Of a DNA stretch of 64,000 bases, positions 46,210 through 55,900 are shown piece by piece. The notes below the pieces were generated by a model, which was given only the letters and a program-made list of their open reading frames with translations, searched no databases and was not told the origin of the DNA. How positions within the stretch are numbered: position 1 is the stretch's first letter; the number at the start of each line of letters is the position of its first letter. Source of the stretch: Lachnospiraceae bacterium UBA4364 (lineage in GTDB: Bacteria > Bacillota > Clostridia > Lachnospirales > Lachnospiraceae); assembly GCA_002393955.1 (NCBI GenBank), contig DGSK01000003.1, forward strand, positions 18,516 through 82,515. The letters run 5' to 3'. Made by a program: the position numbers and the translations under genes.

Positions 46210-47604
46210 ATGTATCAAGTGGATTTTGACAAACCTATACATGTGCACTTCATGGGTATCGGCGGCATAAGTATGAGCGGACTGGCGGAGATACTTCTGT
46301 CCGAAGGCTTTACCGTATCCGGTTCCGATATGAAAGAAAGCGGGCTGACAAAGCACCTGGAGGAAAAGGGTGCAAAGGTTTTTATAGGTCAGAAAAAGGA
46401 AAATATCAGTGATGGAATAGACCTGATGGTTTATACCGCAGCCATATCCCCGGATAACGAGGAATATAAAGAGGTTCTTGGCAGAGGGATACCCACTCTC
46501 ACAAGGGCTGAGCTCCTGGGGCAGATAATGCGGAACTATAAGCTTCCCATAGCTGTCAGCGGAACCCACGGCAAGACCACTACTACATCCATGGTATCCG
46601 AGATCCTTTTAAAAGCTGACGATGATCCTACCATTACTGTTGGTGGCATACTCAAGGACATAGGTGGAAACCTGCGTATAGGCTCCAACGAATTTTTTGT
46701 GGCAGAGGCCTGTGAGTATACCAACAGCTTCCTTTCATTTTTTCCCAAGGTTGAGATCATACTCAATATCGAGGAGGATCATCTGGATTTCTTTAAGGAT
46801 ATAAATGACATCCGTTCATCTTTCAGGAAGTTTGCTTCGCTTTTGCCTGAGGACGGCACACTGATAATAAACTCACAGATTGAAGATTACAGGGAAATAA
46901 CAAAGGATCTTTCCTGCAAGGTTATCACGTATGGCAGGGATGACAGCGCCGACTACTATGCAACGGATATTTCCTATGATGATATGGGACATGGCCGTTA
47001 CACCCTGCATAAAAAGAATCCTGACGGCAGCGAGGAGACTGCGGAGGTAGCTCTTTCTGTCGTGGGCGAGCATAATATCTTCAACTCGCTGGCAGCCCTG
47101 GCAGCAGGCGATGTGGCAGGCGTGGACAGAGCGACAGCGATAGAAGCACTTAAAGGGTTCCATGGCACTGACAGGCGCTTTGAGAAAAAGGGAGAGATCC
47201 ACGGCGTGACGGTAATTGATGACTATGCGCATCATCCGACGGAAATAAGAGCTACATTAAAGGCAGCCAAAAACTATCCCCATAAAAAACTCTGGGTGGT
47301 TTTCCAGCCGCATACATATACCAGGACCAAAGCTTTTCTGGATGATTTTGCGGATGCATTGAGTGCGGCCGATGTGGTGCTGCTTACGGATATATATGCA
47401 GCGAGGGAGAAGAATACCATAGGAATATCTTCAAAGGACCTCTTAAAAAAGCTTAAGGATAAGGGACAGGAAGCGTATCATTACAGCTATTTTGATGATG
47501 TAGAAAATCATATCCTGCTCAATGTATCAGAGGGAGATCTGGTGATGACCATAGGCGCAGGGGATGTTTACAAGATAGGTGAACATATACTGGGAGAAAA
47601 TTAA
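46210..47604 (+). CDS. murC: UDP-N-acetylmuramate--L-alanine ligase
   Basis: HFMGIGGISMSGLAEIL, GTHGKTTTTSM, and the Mur ligase C-terminal DDYAHHP. Confidence 0.9.
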   Translation: MYQVDFDKPIHVHFMGIGGISMSGLAEILLSEGFTVSGSDMKESGLTKHLEEKGAKVFIGQKKENISDGIDLMVYTAAISPDNEEYKEVLGRGIPTLTRAELLGQIMRNYKLPIAVSGTHGKTTTTSMVSEILLKADDDPTITVGGILKDIGGNLRIGSNEFFVAEACEYTNSFLSFFPKVEIILNIEEDHLDFFKDINDIRSSFRKFASLLPEDGTLIINSQIEDYREITKDLSCKVITYGRDDSADYYATDISYDDMGHGRYTLHKKNPDGSEETAEVALSVVGEHNIFNSLAALAAGDVAGVDRATAIEALKGFHGTDRRFEKKGEIHGVTVIDDYAHHPTEIRATLKAAKNYPHKKLWVVFQPHTYTRTKAFLDDFADALSAADVVLLTDIYAAREKNTIGISSKDLLKKLKDKGQEAYHYSYFDDVENHILLNVSEGDLVMTIGAGDVYKIGEHILGEN

Positions 47605-47716
47605 AACTTCAGTAAAATCAAGGCTTTCCGGGCTTCAATTGACATTTTTGACGAATTTTAACATTTCCCGCAGCGTAATTTTGGGAAGATTTTTTTTAAC
47701 AAAAATGATGTTGATG

Positions 47717-47745
47717 AAAAAGTGCGCAACTACGCACTTTTTTTG
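47717..47745 (+). terminator. Rho-independent terminator after murC
   Basis: AAAAAGTGCG-caacta-CGCACTTTTTTT. Confidence 0.8.
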
Positions 47746-47757
47746 ATTTTTTTGGGG

Positions 47758-47775
47758 TTATCCACATTATCCACA
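47758..47775 (+). promoter_or_regulatory. Two abutting perfect DnaA boxes (TTATCCACA TTATCCACA)
   Basis: Read directly. They lie ~45 nt upstream of a TTGATT-N16-TATACT promoter candidate (47822-47849) for the DnaD-like gene. Confidence 0.7.
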
Positions 47776-47898
47776 TCGGCACAAACCCTTATTTTATGCG
47801 GTGTTGTGTACATTGGTCCGGTTGATTTTGGCACACAAGGTGGTATACTTTTTTTGCGGTGAAGGGCATGCATATAAACATGCCTGTTTCATCCGGAT

Positions 47899-49293
47899 AT
47901 GCCACAGGCATTTATGCTCCGGCGTGAGCGGAATGCAATGGCTGTTATGACTAAACTACAAGGGGATACACGGACAGCTATGTCGGAAATTAGTCTTATC
48001 GCTGATACAGAAAGCGGCGTTACGGAATTATCAAATATATTCATAGAGCATTACATGAGCGATGCCAATGAAGTCCAGCTCAAGTTATATATATACCTTC
48101 TCAAACTCCGAAGCACAGGGAGCAGTGTGGAATTTTCGGATATAGTGGATTTTCTGGATTTTTCCGAGAGGGATGTTATGCGCGCTCTCCACTATTGGGA
48201 GGAGAAGCGGCTTATATATGTGGGATACAGGAGGGATCTCTCCGGTGAGGATGATATACATAGGTCAGGCAGGAGGAGCTCCCGGGCATATGCAAAGAAG
48301 GCTGAATCCATAAAGTCGATCCGTTTTGCGGATCCGGCAGAGCTTCTTTACCGTTTGGATGCAGACAGTGACAGACTTATGAGCGTGGGAGAGGAAGAAA
48401 CGGTTGATGATCATGATGCCGTAGATCAGGATTGCTATTCAGAGCGTGCAGTGGAAAAAGATTTAGCAGCTCATGCACAGGATGAAGGATGCAGTGAAGA
48501 TGCCGCTTCTGCTGATAAGGCTTCTTTACGCGGTACAGCTGAGAATGAAAAAAGTGAGAAAGATATGGAAATGGATCCGGACAAGATAAAAGGCGCATAT
48601 ACAGTTGCGGATGTAAAGGAATATAAAAAGAGCAAGGATGCCAAGACACTTGTTACGGCAGCGCAGCTTTATTTCGGAAGGCCCATGGGCAGCACTGAGA
48701 TTACATCCATTATGTTCCTTTCATACAGTCTGAAGATGCCCTCCGATCTGATCGACTATCTGATGCAGCACTGTGCCGAGAATAAAAAAGAGTTTTACGC
48801 TGTGGAAAAGACGGCCCTGCAGTGGTATGAAAACGGCGTTGACAGCGTTGAAAAGGCCAAGGAATTCTGCCGTATGCAGATAAAGGCTCCTGATGACAGA
48901 GAGCGTGCTGTGCTTTCGCTGCTTGGAAGAAACGGAAATTTCGCACAGGGCGAGCTTGATGCCGTGCACAGATGGTTTACGACATACGGTTTTTCTGAGG
49001 AAATCATCAGGGAAGCCTGCAACAGGACCGTTGTGAATGTTGAGGATCATCGCATAGCCTATGCGGAAAAAATACTGAAAGACTGGTTCAACAGCGGTGT
49101 CAGCGTAGTTGGGGATATAGAATCCCTTGATGAAGAGTACCGAAAAAAGAAGGAAGTTGCGAAGGCTGCATCATCAGCCCGTACTCCGTCCGCCGGTCAG
49201 GCAAAGGCCGTGAAAAAGAATGGAACATTCGGTAATTTTGAAGAAAGACAGGATGATTACGATCTTCTCGTGAAGAAGCTTTCGAAGAAATGA
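47899..49293 (+). CDS. DnaD/DnaB_2-domain replication initiation protein (Bacillus DnaB/DnaD-like)
   Basis: The N-terminus is winged-helix-like (LKLYIYLL...FSERDVMRALHYWEEKRLI). The C-terminus has two DnaB_2-type repeats (...EKTALQWYENGVDSVEKAKEF and IAYAEKILKDWFNSGV). The start is uncertain. Confidence 0.7.
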   Translation: MPQAFMLRRERNAMAVMTKLQGDTRTAMSEISLIADTESGVTELSNIFIEHYMSDANEVQLKLYIYLLKLRSTGSSVEFSDIVDFLDFSERDVMRALHYWEEKRLIYVGYRRDLSGEDDIHRSGRRSSRAYAKKAESIKSIRFADPAELLYRLDADSDRLMSVGEEETVDDHDAVDQDCYSERAVEKDLAAHAQDEGCSEDAASADKASLRGTAENEKSEKDMEMDPDKIKGAYTVADVKEYKKSKDAKTLVTAAQLYFGRPMGSTEITSIMFLSYSLKMPSDLIDYLMQHCAENKKEFYAVEKTALQWYENGVDSVEKAKEFCRMQIKAPDDRERAVLSLLGRNGNFAQGELDAVHRWFTTYGFSEEIIREACNRTVVNVEDHRIAYAEKILKDWFNSGVSVVGDIESLDEEYRKKKEVAKAASSARTPSAGQAKAVKKNGTFGNFEERQDDYDLLVKKLSKK

Positions 49294-49497
49294 TTCACCA
49301 GCCGAAAGTACTTTCTCACACGCAAGCTTGCTTGCGGTGGGAGAAGAGTACTGGAGGCGCCACCCTCATGAGGACGAAGTGGAGCCTAAGCTCCACGAGA
49401 GTCCGAATGTGGGTAGGATTGTGGGAGTGCGTAGCACGGAACAATCCGTGTGAATCAAAAAAAGATACTTTTGGCGAGTTAGTCATAAGGAGAACAG
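49294..49497 (+). repeat. Structured intergenic element splitting the DnaD-like and DnaI-like genes; it contains copy B of the dispersed repeat
   Basis: Several local hairpins: GAAAGTACTTTC, GCAAGC-tt-GCTTGC, GGAGC-ctaa-GCTCC and GCACGG-aacaat-CCGTGT. The core is at 49423-49456 and the tail at 49467-49486. A tail-only copy lies at 44467-44487. Confidence 0.65.
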
Positions 49498-50496
49498 ATG
49501 CTTACCGGCAGACAGTATGACAAGATAAAACTGATATATGAGGAACGCCGCAGAAACAGGGACAGGCTCAAGCTTAAGCGGCAGACGGAAGTGTTCGGAA
49601 AGCTTCCCGGCTACAGGGAGCTTGATACTGCTATCCGCAATCTTTCAATAAATACGGCGCTTAAGTCTTTCGATATAGAGGACGAAGAGGAACGCAGGCA
49701 GTTTACCGGTGCTACGATACTCAGGATGCGCCAGATGGAGAATGAAAAGAAGCAGCTTCTTTTAGCGGCCGGATACCCGGAGGATTATCTGGATCCCCCT
49801 TATGAGTGTCCGGACTGTAAGGACACCGGCTATATAGGAAATGAAAAGTGCAGCTGCCTGCGTCAGCTTGAGATAGAGCAGTTATATGAGAGTCTGAATA
49901 TGAAGGCGTGGCTGGACGGGAAGAGCTTTGATCTTGCCGACGAGTCATATTATGAGGGCGAAGACTTAGAGAATTTCCACTACGTCCTGGAAGTCAGCCA
50001 TGAGATGGTGGATCACTTTGATGAGGACCACAGGGGCATGGTGCTGTACGGGAATGTGGGTACCGGCAAGACTTTTATGGCAGGGTGTATCGCCAGGGCG
50101 CTTATGGAGGAAGGATATCTGGTGCTTTCCTTCAGCGCATCGGGGCTTTTTGAGCAGATATCCAATGCAATGTACGGTTCAAATAAAAATGAGCTTAATT
50201 CTTTAAACGAGATGCTGTATAATTGTGACCTGTTGGTGATAGATGATCTGGGAACGGAGTATCCCAATGATTTTACCAAGTCCTGCCTGTTCAGGATATA
50301 TAATAAGAGACTGGACAGCGGCAAACCGATCCTTATCACTACGAATATGTCTCCTTCAGTTTTAAAGGATACTTATACCGAGAGATTTGCCTCCCGTCTG
50401 TTTTCTGTTGACAACAGGCTCTGCGAGATGACCGGAAGGGACATAAGGGGATTGAAAGCCTTAAGGACCAGGATGGCGGAGTTAAACGGCAGCTGA
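49498..50496 (+). CDS. DnaI/DnaC-type helicase loader (IstB-like AAA+ ATPase)
   Basis: N-terminal zinc module CPDCKDTGY...CSC, Walker A GNVGTGKTF, and Walker B LLVIDDLG. Confidence 0.8.
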   Translation: MLTGRQYDKIKLIYEERRRNRDRLKLKRQTEVFGKLPGYRELDTAIRNLSINTALKSFDIEDEEERRQFTGATILRMRQMENEKKQLLLAAGYPEDYLDPPYECPDCKDTGYIGNEKCSCLRQLEIEQLYESLNMKAWLDGKSFDLADESYYEGEDLENFHYVLEVSHEMVDHFDEDHRGMVLYGNVGTGKTFMAGCIARALMEEGYLVLSFSASGLFEQISNAMYGSNKNELNSLNEMLYNCDLLVIDDLGTEYPNDFTKSCLFRIYNKRLDSGKPILITTNMSPSVLKDTYTERFASRLFSVDNRLCEMTGRDIRGLKALRTRMAELNGS

Positions 50497-50733
50497 TCGG
50501 GGTGCCGGGCTGCATTGGCTTACTGCAAAGGCCTGCTATAAAGAATTGTTACACGAGCTTGCTGCCCGGATCTGCCATAGGGGCCTGCCATACAGGCTTA
50601 CGATATTGACTTACGATAAAGAACGATTTCAGGGAAAGCAATAAACGGATTTCCATGGCAGATCGATCCTGCCATTGAAAATATAAGGAACTGTTACAAA
50701 CAGCGAATCTCACATCAGAAAGAGAGGAAAACT

Positions 50734-51924
50734 ATGTCGCCTGTATCAAAAGATGAGATCAGAAATCTTAACACCATTCCCGTAGGCTCACTGGGACTTA
50801 TACCCCTTGAAGGATGCAAAGCCATGGGAGAAAAGGTAGATCAGTACCTTGTAAGATGGCGTAAAGAAAGGGAAAACGAGCACGCCGACACACTGGCATT
50901 CTCGGGCTATGAAAGGGAAACATACATACTGAATGCTGCTGTTCCACGTTTCGGCTCGGGTGAGGCGAAGGGCATAATAAAAGAGTCAGTCAGAGGTACG
51001 GACCTTTTCCTGATGGTGGATGTGTGCAATTTCAGCATGACATATAAGCTTTTCGGTCAGGTTAACCACTATTCCCCTGACGATCACTATGCAGATTTAA
51101 AGAGAGTGATCGCCGCAGTAGGCGGCAAAGCAAGAAGGATCACTGTGATCATGCCTTTCCTTTATGAGAGCAGACAGCATAAGCGTACTGCAAGAGAGTC
51201 GCTTGACTGTGCATATGCTCTTCAGGAGCTTACGGCAATGGGCGTTGACAATATCATAACATTTGACGCTCATGATCCCAGGGTTCAGAATGCTATTCCC
51301 CTCAAGGGATTTGAGACTGTGCAGCCTGCATACCAGTTCATCAAGGCTATGTGCAGGAAGCACAAGGATCTGAATTTCGATGTGGATCATATGATGGTGA
51401 TAAGCCCGGATGAAGGCGGTATGAGCAGGGCTATATACATGGCTAACGTGCTCGGTCTGGATGTGGGTATGTTCTACAAGAGACGTGATTATACCAAGAT
51501 CGTTGACGGGCGTAATCCCATTGTGGCCCATGAGTTTCTGGGCTCCAGCGTAGAAGGCAAAGATATGATCATCGTGGACGACATGATCGCTTCCGGTGAA
51601 AGCATGCTGGAGGTTGCGAAGGAGCTTAAGAAGCGCAAGGCAGGCAGGATATTCTGCTGCTCGACTTTCGGTCTTTTCACTAGCGGGCTTGATCTTTTCG
51701 ACAAGGCATACGAAGAAGGAACGATATGCAGCATCCTTACTACCAATCTGATCTACCAGACACCTGAACTGCTCAGCCGTGACTGGTATATCAACTGTGA
51801 TATGAGCAAGTATATTGCATATATAATCGATACACTCAATCACGACGTATCAATAAGCGATCTTCTTGATCCCAGTGAGCGTATCCAGAACCTGATCACA
51901 AGGTACAAGGCTGAAAATTCGTAA
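50734..51924 (+). CDS. prs: Ribose-phosphate pyrophosphokinase (long form)
   Basis: PRPP-binding loop MIIVDDMIASGESM. It is Prs-like throughout (...RITVIMPFLYESRQHKR...). Confidence 0.8.
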   Translation: MSPVSKDEIRNLNTIPVGSLGLIPLEGCKAMGEKVDQYLVRWRKERENEHADTLAFSGYERETYILNAAVPRFGSGEAKGIIKESVRGTDLFLMVDVCNFSMTYKLFGQVNHYSPDDHYADLKRVIAAVGGKARRITVIMPFLYESRQHKRTARESLDCAYALQELTAMGVDNIITFDAHDPRVQNAIPLKGFETVQPAYQFIKAMCRKHKDLNFDVDHMMVISPDEGGMSRAIYMANVLGLDVGMFYKRRDYTKIVDGRNPIVAHEFLGSSVEGKDMIIVDDMIASGESMLEVAKELKKRKAGRIFCCSTFGLFTSGLDLFDKAYEEGTICSILTTNLIYQTPELLSRDWYINCDMSKYIAYIIDTLNHDVSISDLLDPSERIQNLITRYKAENS

Positions 51925-52012
51925 ATCCGGATTCTGAAAATTGACTGTCTGGATGCGGTTGAGCATGGGGCAGTCTCATGTAAGAACATGAGGGTTATGA
52001 CATAGTAAAATG

Positions 52013-52055
52013 ACCGGCAGCAGCTGAATAAATTCGGCGGGCTGCCGGTTTTTTG
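52013..52055 (+). terminator. Rho-independent terminator after prs
   Basis: ACCGGCAGC-(19-nt loop)-GCTGCCGGT followed by T6. Confidence 0.7.
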
Positions 52056-52182
52056 TTCCTTTTCACATAAGAAAACCGGTGCTTTTCAGCTTGGATTTGT
52101 ACAATATTTTGGGTACTTTTCACAAGATATGGTGTATTTTGTGAAAAGATACCACAAAAATCAAAAAAATAACAAACTTTTT

Positions 52183-52222
52183 TGTGAAAAATATTCACAT
52201 TCGCTTTTTCCTATGCTATAAT
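52183..52222 (+). promoter_or_regulatory. glgC promoter candidate (TTCACA-N17-TATAAT with TG extension) overlapped by the palindrome TGTGAA-N5-TTCACA
   Basis: The -35 is at 52194-52199 and the -10 at 52217-52222. The palindrome spans 52183-52199. Confidence 0.55.
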
Positions 52223-52311
52223 ATCTTTCGTTAAGCAGTAACCATTCGGGACGGGGAGTTTTGAATGGTTACGTTAAGTATTCATTTTCAAAAACAGCAT
52301 GAGGTGACGAG

Positions 52312-53586
52312 ATGGTAAAAAAAGAGATGATTGCTATGCTTCTGGCAGGTGGCCAGGGCAGCAGACTGGGCGTACTGACCAGGAAGGTTGCAAAGCCTGC
52401 TGTTTCTTTTGGCGGAAAGTACAGGATCATAGACTTTCCCCTGAGTAACTGTATCGATTCCGGTGTTGATACTGTAGGTGTTCTTACACAGTATCAGCCT
52501 TTGCGTCTGAACACGCATATCGGTATCGGTATTCCCTGGGATCTGGACCGCAATGTGGGCGGCGTGACTGTACTTCCTCCTTATGAGAAGAGCACCAACA
52601 GTGAGTGGTATACCGGTACGGCTAATGCCATATATCAGAATATCGATTATATGGAAAGCTTCAATCCGGAATATGTCCTGATACTTTCAGGCGACCATAT
52701 CTACAAGATGGATTATCAGGTTATGCTTGATTTCCATAAGAAGAACGGTGCAGAGGTTACTTTGGCAGTTATGCCTGTACCTATGGAAGAAGCTAAGCGT
52801 TTCGGTATCGTCATTACTGATGACAATTCCAAGATCCAGGAATTCGAAGAAAAACCGGAGCATCCTCATTCCAATCTTGCATCCATGGGAATCTATATCT
52901 TCAACTGGAAGACTCTTAAGGAAGCACTGATAGCAAAGGCTGACCAGCCTGCGCTTGATTTCGGTAAGCATGTAATCCCTTACTGCCACAGCAAGCAGGC
53001 ACCCATATATGCATATGAGTACAACGGCTATTGGAAGGATGTAGGAACCCTTCATTCTTACTGGGAAGCAAATATGGAACTCATCGACATCATCCCTGAG
53101 TTTAATCTGTATGAAGAATACTGGAAGATCTATACCAAGTCCGATGCGCTTACACCTCAGTACATTTCTTCGGAAAGCAAGGTGGAAAGATGCCTTATCG
53201 GTGAAGGCGCCGAGATACACGGTGAAGTATACAGCTCCATCATCGGCTGCAACGTAGAGATCGGCAAGGGTGCCGTGGTTCGTGATTCCATTATCATGAA
53301 CGATACCGTTATCGGCGAGGGCTGTGAGATCAATAAGACCATAATCGCAGAGAACACCGTACTTGGTAAAGGCGTAAAGACCGGTACCGGTGATGAGGTT
53401 GAAAACGAGACGGATCCTCATATCTACAATAATGGTCTGGTCTGCATAGGTGAGAAGACTACCATTCCCGATAACGTTACTATCGGTAAGAATTCCGTTG
53501 TATATGGCAAGACTGATGCATCTGATTATCCGGGCGGAGATCTTGGCAGCGGCAAGACATTGATCAAGGAGGGTGAGAAGGCATGA
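52312..53586 (+). CDS. glgC: Glucose-1-phosphate adenylyltransferase
   Basis: [32 protein letters not shown], with a left-handed beta-helix C-terminus. Confidence 0.9.
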   Translation: MVKKEMIAMLLAGGQGSRLGVLTRKVAKPAVSFGGKYRIIDFPLSNCIDSGVDTVGVLTQYQPLRLNTHIGIGIPWDLDRNVGGVTVLPPYEKSTNSEWYTGTANAIYQNIDYMESFNPEYVLILSGDHIYKMDYQVMLDFHKKNGAEVTLAVMPVPMEEAKRFGIVITDDNSKIQEFEEKPEHPHSNLASMGIYIFNWKTLKEALIAKADQPALDFGKHVIPYCHSKQAPIYAYEYNGYWKDVGTLHSYWEANMELIDIIPEFNLYEEYWKIYTKSDALTPQYISSESKVERCLIGEGAEIHGEVYSSIIGCNVEIGKGAVVRDSIIMNDTVIGEGCEINKTIIAENTVLGKGVKTGTGDEVENETDPHIYNNGLVCIGEKTTIPDNVTIGKNSVVYGKTDASDYPGGDLGSGKTLIKEGEKA

Positions 53587-54707
53587 GAGCAATGGGTATC
53601 ATCCTCGCCGGCGGCGGGATGAAAAACAGCAGGATGGGTGAATTGGCAGCAAAGAGAGCCGTTGCGGCTATGCCTGTGGCAGGAAGCTACAGAAGTATCG
53701 ATTTCGCGCTCAGTAATATGAGCAACTCACACATCCAGAAGGTCGCCGTACTTACACAGGACAACGCAAGAAGCCTTAATGAGCACTTAAGCTCATCCAA
53801 GTGGTGGGATTTCGGACGCAAGCAGGGTGGAATGTATGTATTCACACCGACCAGGACACTGGATAATACCGATTGGTATCGTGGAACTGCTGATTCCATC
53901 GCACAGAATATCGAGTTCATCAAGGACAGCCATGAGCCTTACGTTGTGATCGCATCAGGTGACTGTGTATACAAGATGGACTATGGCAAAGTACTTGAGT
54001 ACCATATTGAAAAAAAGGCTGACATTACGGTAGTATGCAAGGAAATGCCGGAAAATGTAAATGTGGACCGTTTCGGCTGCGTACAGACCGACGCTGACGG
54101 AAGGATCACTGATTTTGAAGAAAAGCCCGTACAGGCTAAGTCAAATACCATTTCCTGTGGTATCTATATCATCAGGAGAAGACAGCTTGTTGAGATGATC
54201 GAGAAGGCTGCTCTTGAGAACAGATACGATTTCGTAAAGGACGTTCTTATCAGATACAAAGACATCAAGCGTATTTACGCATACAAGATGGATGATTACT
54301 GGAAGAATATCTCTACGATTCAGGATTATTACGATACAAATATGGATTTCCTTAATCCTGAGATCCGCAAATATTTCTTCAGGACATTCCCGGATATCTA
54401 TTCCAAGGTGGATGACCTTCCTCCCGCAAAGTACAATGTGGGTGTTGAAGTAAGGAACAGTCTGATCGCCAGCGGAAGCATCATAAACGGTGTGGTTGAG
54501 AATTCGGTCATCTTTAAGAAGGCGTTTATCGGAAGCAACTGCACGATAAAGAATTCCATTATCCTGAATGATGTTTATATCGGGGACAATTCTTATATCG
54601 AGAACTGCATCGTCGAAAGCCGCAGCACCATAAGGGCTAATTCAGTCCAGAAGGGTGAGGAAGGCATCAAGATCGTAGTTGAGAAGAACGAAAGATATGT
54701 AATTTAA
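53583..54707 (+). CDS. glgD: Glucose-1-phosphate adenylyltransferase regulatory subunit GlgD
   Basis: It is a paralogue of GlgC with a degenerate G-loop ([15 protein letters not shown]), and overlaps the glgC stop by 4 nt. Confidence 0.85.
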   Translation: MRAMGIILAGGGMKNSRMGELAAKRAVAAMPVAGSYRSIDFALSNMSNSHIQKVAVLTQDNARSLNEHLSSSKWWDFGRKQGGMYVFTPTRTLDNTDWYRGTADSIAQNIEFIKDSHEPYVVIASGDCVYKMDYGKVLEYHIEKKADITVVCKEMPENVNVDRFGCVQTDADGRITDFEEKPVQAKSNTISCGIYIIRRRQLVEMIEKAALENRYDFVKDVLIRYKDIKRIYAYKMDDYWKNISTIQDYYDTNMDFLNPEIRKYFFRTFPDIYSKVDDLPPAKYNVGVEVRNSLIASGSIINGVVENSVIFKKAFIGSNCTIKNSIILNDVYIGDNSYIENCIVESRSTIRANSVQKGEEGIKIVVEKNERYVI

Positions 54708-54752
54708 GGATAAAATTTTCAGAGAAAGGAAACATAGGGGGCAAACGGGGTT

Positions 54753-55025
54753 ATGAATGTAACAGATGTACGCATCAGAATGGTTGACAAGGAAAAGGAG
54801 GGAAAGCTCAGGGCTGTAGCTTCCATCACTATTGATGATTGCTTTGTGATTCATGATATCAAGATCATTGAGGGCGATCATGGGCTGTTCATAGCAATGC
54901 CCAGCCGCAAGGCTCAGGATGGAACCTACAAGGATATTGCTCATCCTATTAATTCTTCTACCAGGACTGAATTGCAGGAGCTTATCCTGAAGCGCTATGA
55001 GGCAGCTGCTCAGGAGAGTGTTTAA
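54753..55025 (+). CDS. spoVG: Septation protein SpoVG
   Basis: MNVTDVRIRMVDKEKEGKLRAVASITIDDCFVIHDIKIIEGDHGLFIAMPSRK. Confidence 0.95.
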   Translation: MNVTDVRIRMVDKEKEGKLRAVASITIDDCFVIHDIKIIEGDHGLFIAMPSRKAQDGTYKDIAHPINSSTRTELQELILKRYEAAAQESV

Positions 55026-55118
55026 AAAGAGTTTATTGCGGACGCTTAATTTTCAGAGAAGAACCGCATGGGGAAGGTGTGCACAGGCGCACTGATGAAA
55101 AGGGGTTAAAAGCAGGAG

Positions 55119-55177
55119 GACCGGAATGTACCGGTCTTTTTGCGTTTATTGAGACCGGGAGTGTTCCCGGTCTTTTA
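55119..55177 (+). terminator. Two tandem Rho-independent terminators after spoVG
   Basis: GACCGG-aatgta-CCGGTC followed by T5, then GAGACCGGG-agtgtt-CCCGGTCT followed by a T-run. Confidence 0.75.
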
Positions 55178-55243
55178 TTATGTGTGGTTGCATATTTTCC
55201 GGGCGGTTATGCTATAATACATATGTTTGCATGGAGGATTAAT

Positions 55244-55840
55244 ATGTATATGGTAGCCGGCCTGGGAAATCCAGGGAAAAAATATGATGGAACAAGGCAT
55301 AACTGCGGTTTTGAGACCCTGGATATCCTTATGAAAAAATATGATGTGACTCTGACAGACACACGCAGTAAAGCGTTTTTCGGTAAGTGCATCATAGAGG
55401 GGCAAAAGACTATGCTGGTTAAGCCTCAGACATATATGAATTTAAGCGGTGATGCGATCAGGGGACTCTGCGATTATTACAAAATAGATCCTGAAAATGA
55501 GCTCATAGTCATATGCGATGACATAAGCCTTGTACCCGGAAACATCCGTGTCCGCAGCGCCGGTTCTGCAGGAGGCCATAACGGGCTAAAGGATATTATT
55601 GCAAAGCTGGGGACAGATGCTTTTACCAGGGTAAGGATAGGTGTAGGTGAAAAGCCTGCGGGCTGGGATCTGGCTGATTTCGTGTTGGGGCACTTTTCCG
55701 GAGACGATGTGAAGCTTGCTGAAAAAGGCAGGGAGCTCGGGGCGGAAGCCATAGAGCGGATCATCAGCGGTGAGAGTATGGATAAGATAATGAGCAGATA
55801 CAATGTAAAGCAGCATCCGGTGAAAGAAACCAAAGTCTGA
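55244..55840 (+). CDS. pth: Peptidyl-tRNA hydrolase
   Basis: The start was moved to ATG 55244 (GGAGGA RBS; TATAAT at 55213-55218). Motifs: VAGLGNPGKKYDGTRHNCGF and GGHNGLKDI. Confidence 0.9.
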   Translation: MYMVAGLGNPGKKYDGTRHNCGFETLDILMKKYDVTLTDTRSKAFFGKCIIEGQKTMLVKPQTYMNLSGDAIRGLCDYYKIDPENELIVICDDISLVPGNIRVRSAGSAGGHNGLKDIIAKLGTDAFTRVRIGVGEKPAGWDLADFVLGHFSGDDVKLAEKGRELGAEAIERIISGESMDKIMSRYNVKQHPVKETKV

Positions 55841-55900
55841 CAGAAATGTCTGATAGATTTTTCTTAACACTGATGTCAAAATGAGGCAGCAAAGGGAAGC

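Noticed and set aside
47662-47697. A possible third copy of the TTCCCA/TGGGAA palindrome (AACATTTCCC-N13-GGGAAGATTTTTTTT)
   Set aside because: Only the 5-6-nt core matches, and it is followed by a T-run. It is more simply a weak terminator-like hairpin downstream of murC.
47758-47775. Possibility that the DnaA boxes mark a replication origin
   Set aside because: There are only two boxes. There is no cluster of additional boxes, no obvious AT-rich unwinding element, and no dnaA/dnaN context. The position directly upstream of a promoter fits a regulatory site better.
49290-49520. 76-aa + strand ORF across the dnaD-like/dnaI-like spacer
   Set aside because: It spans the hairpin-rich repeat element, overlaps the dnaI-like start out of frame, has no RBS, and the homologous repeat copy at 45142 is not in any ORF.
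52687-53592. 301-aa - strand ORF antisense to glgC. Similar long antisense ORFs occur at 5789-6547 (copA), 12694-13509 and 13668-14309 (accDA), 17721-18296, 51097-51843 (prs) and 57164-58120 (mfd)
   Set aside because: Each is fully contained in a + strand gene with strong family motifs. The antisense products have no recognisable motifs and a skewed composition typical of shadow ORFs.
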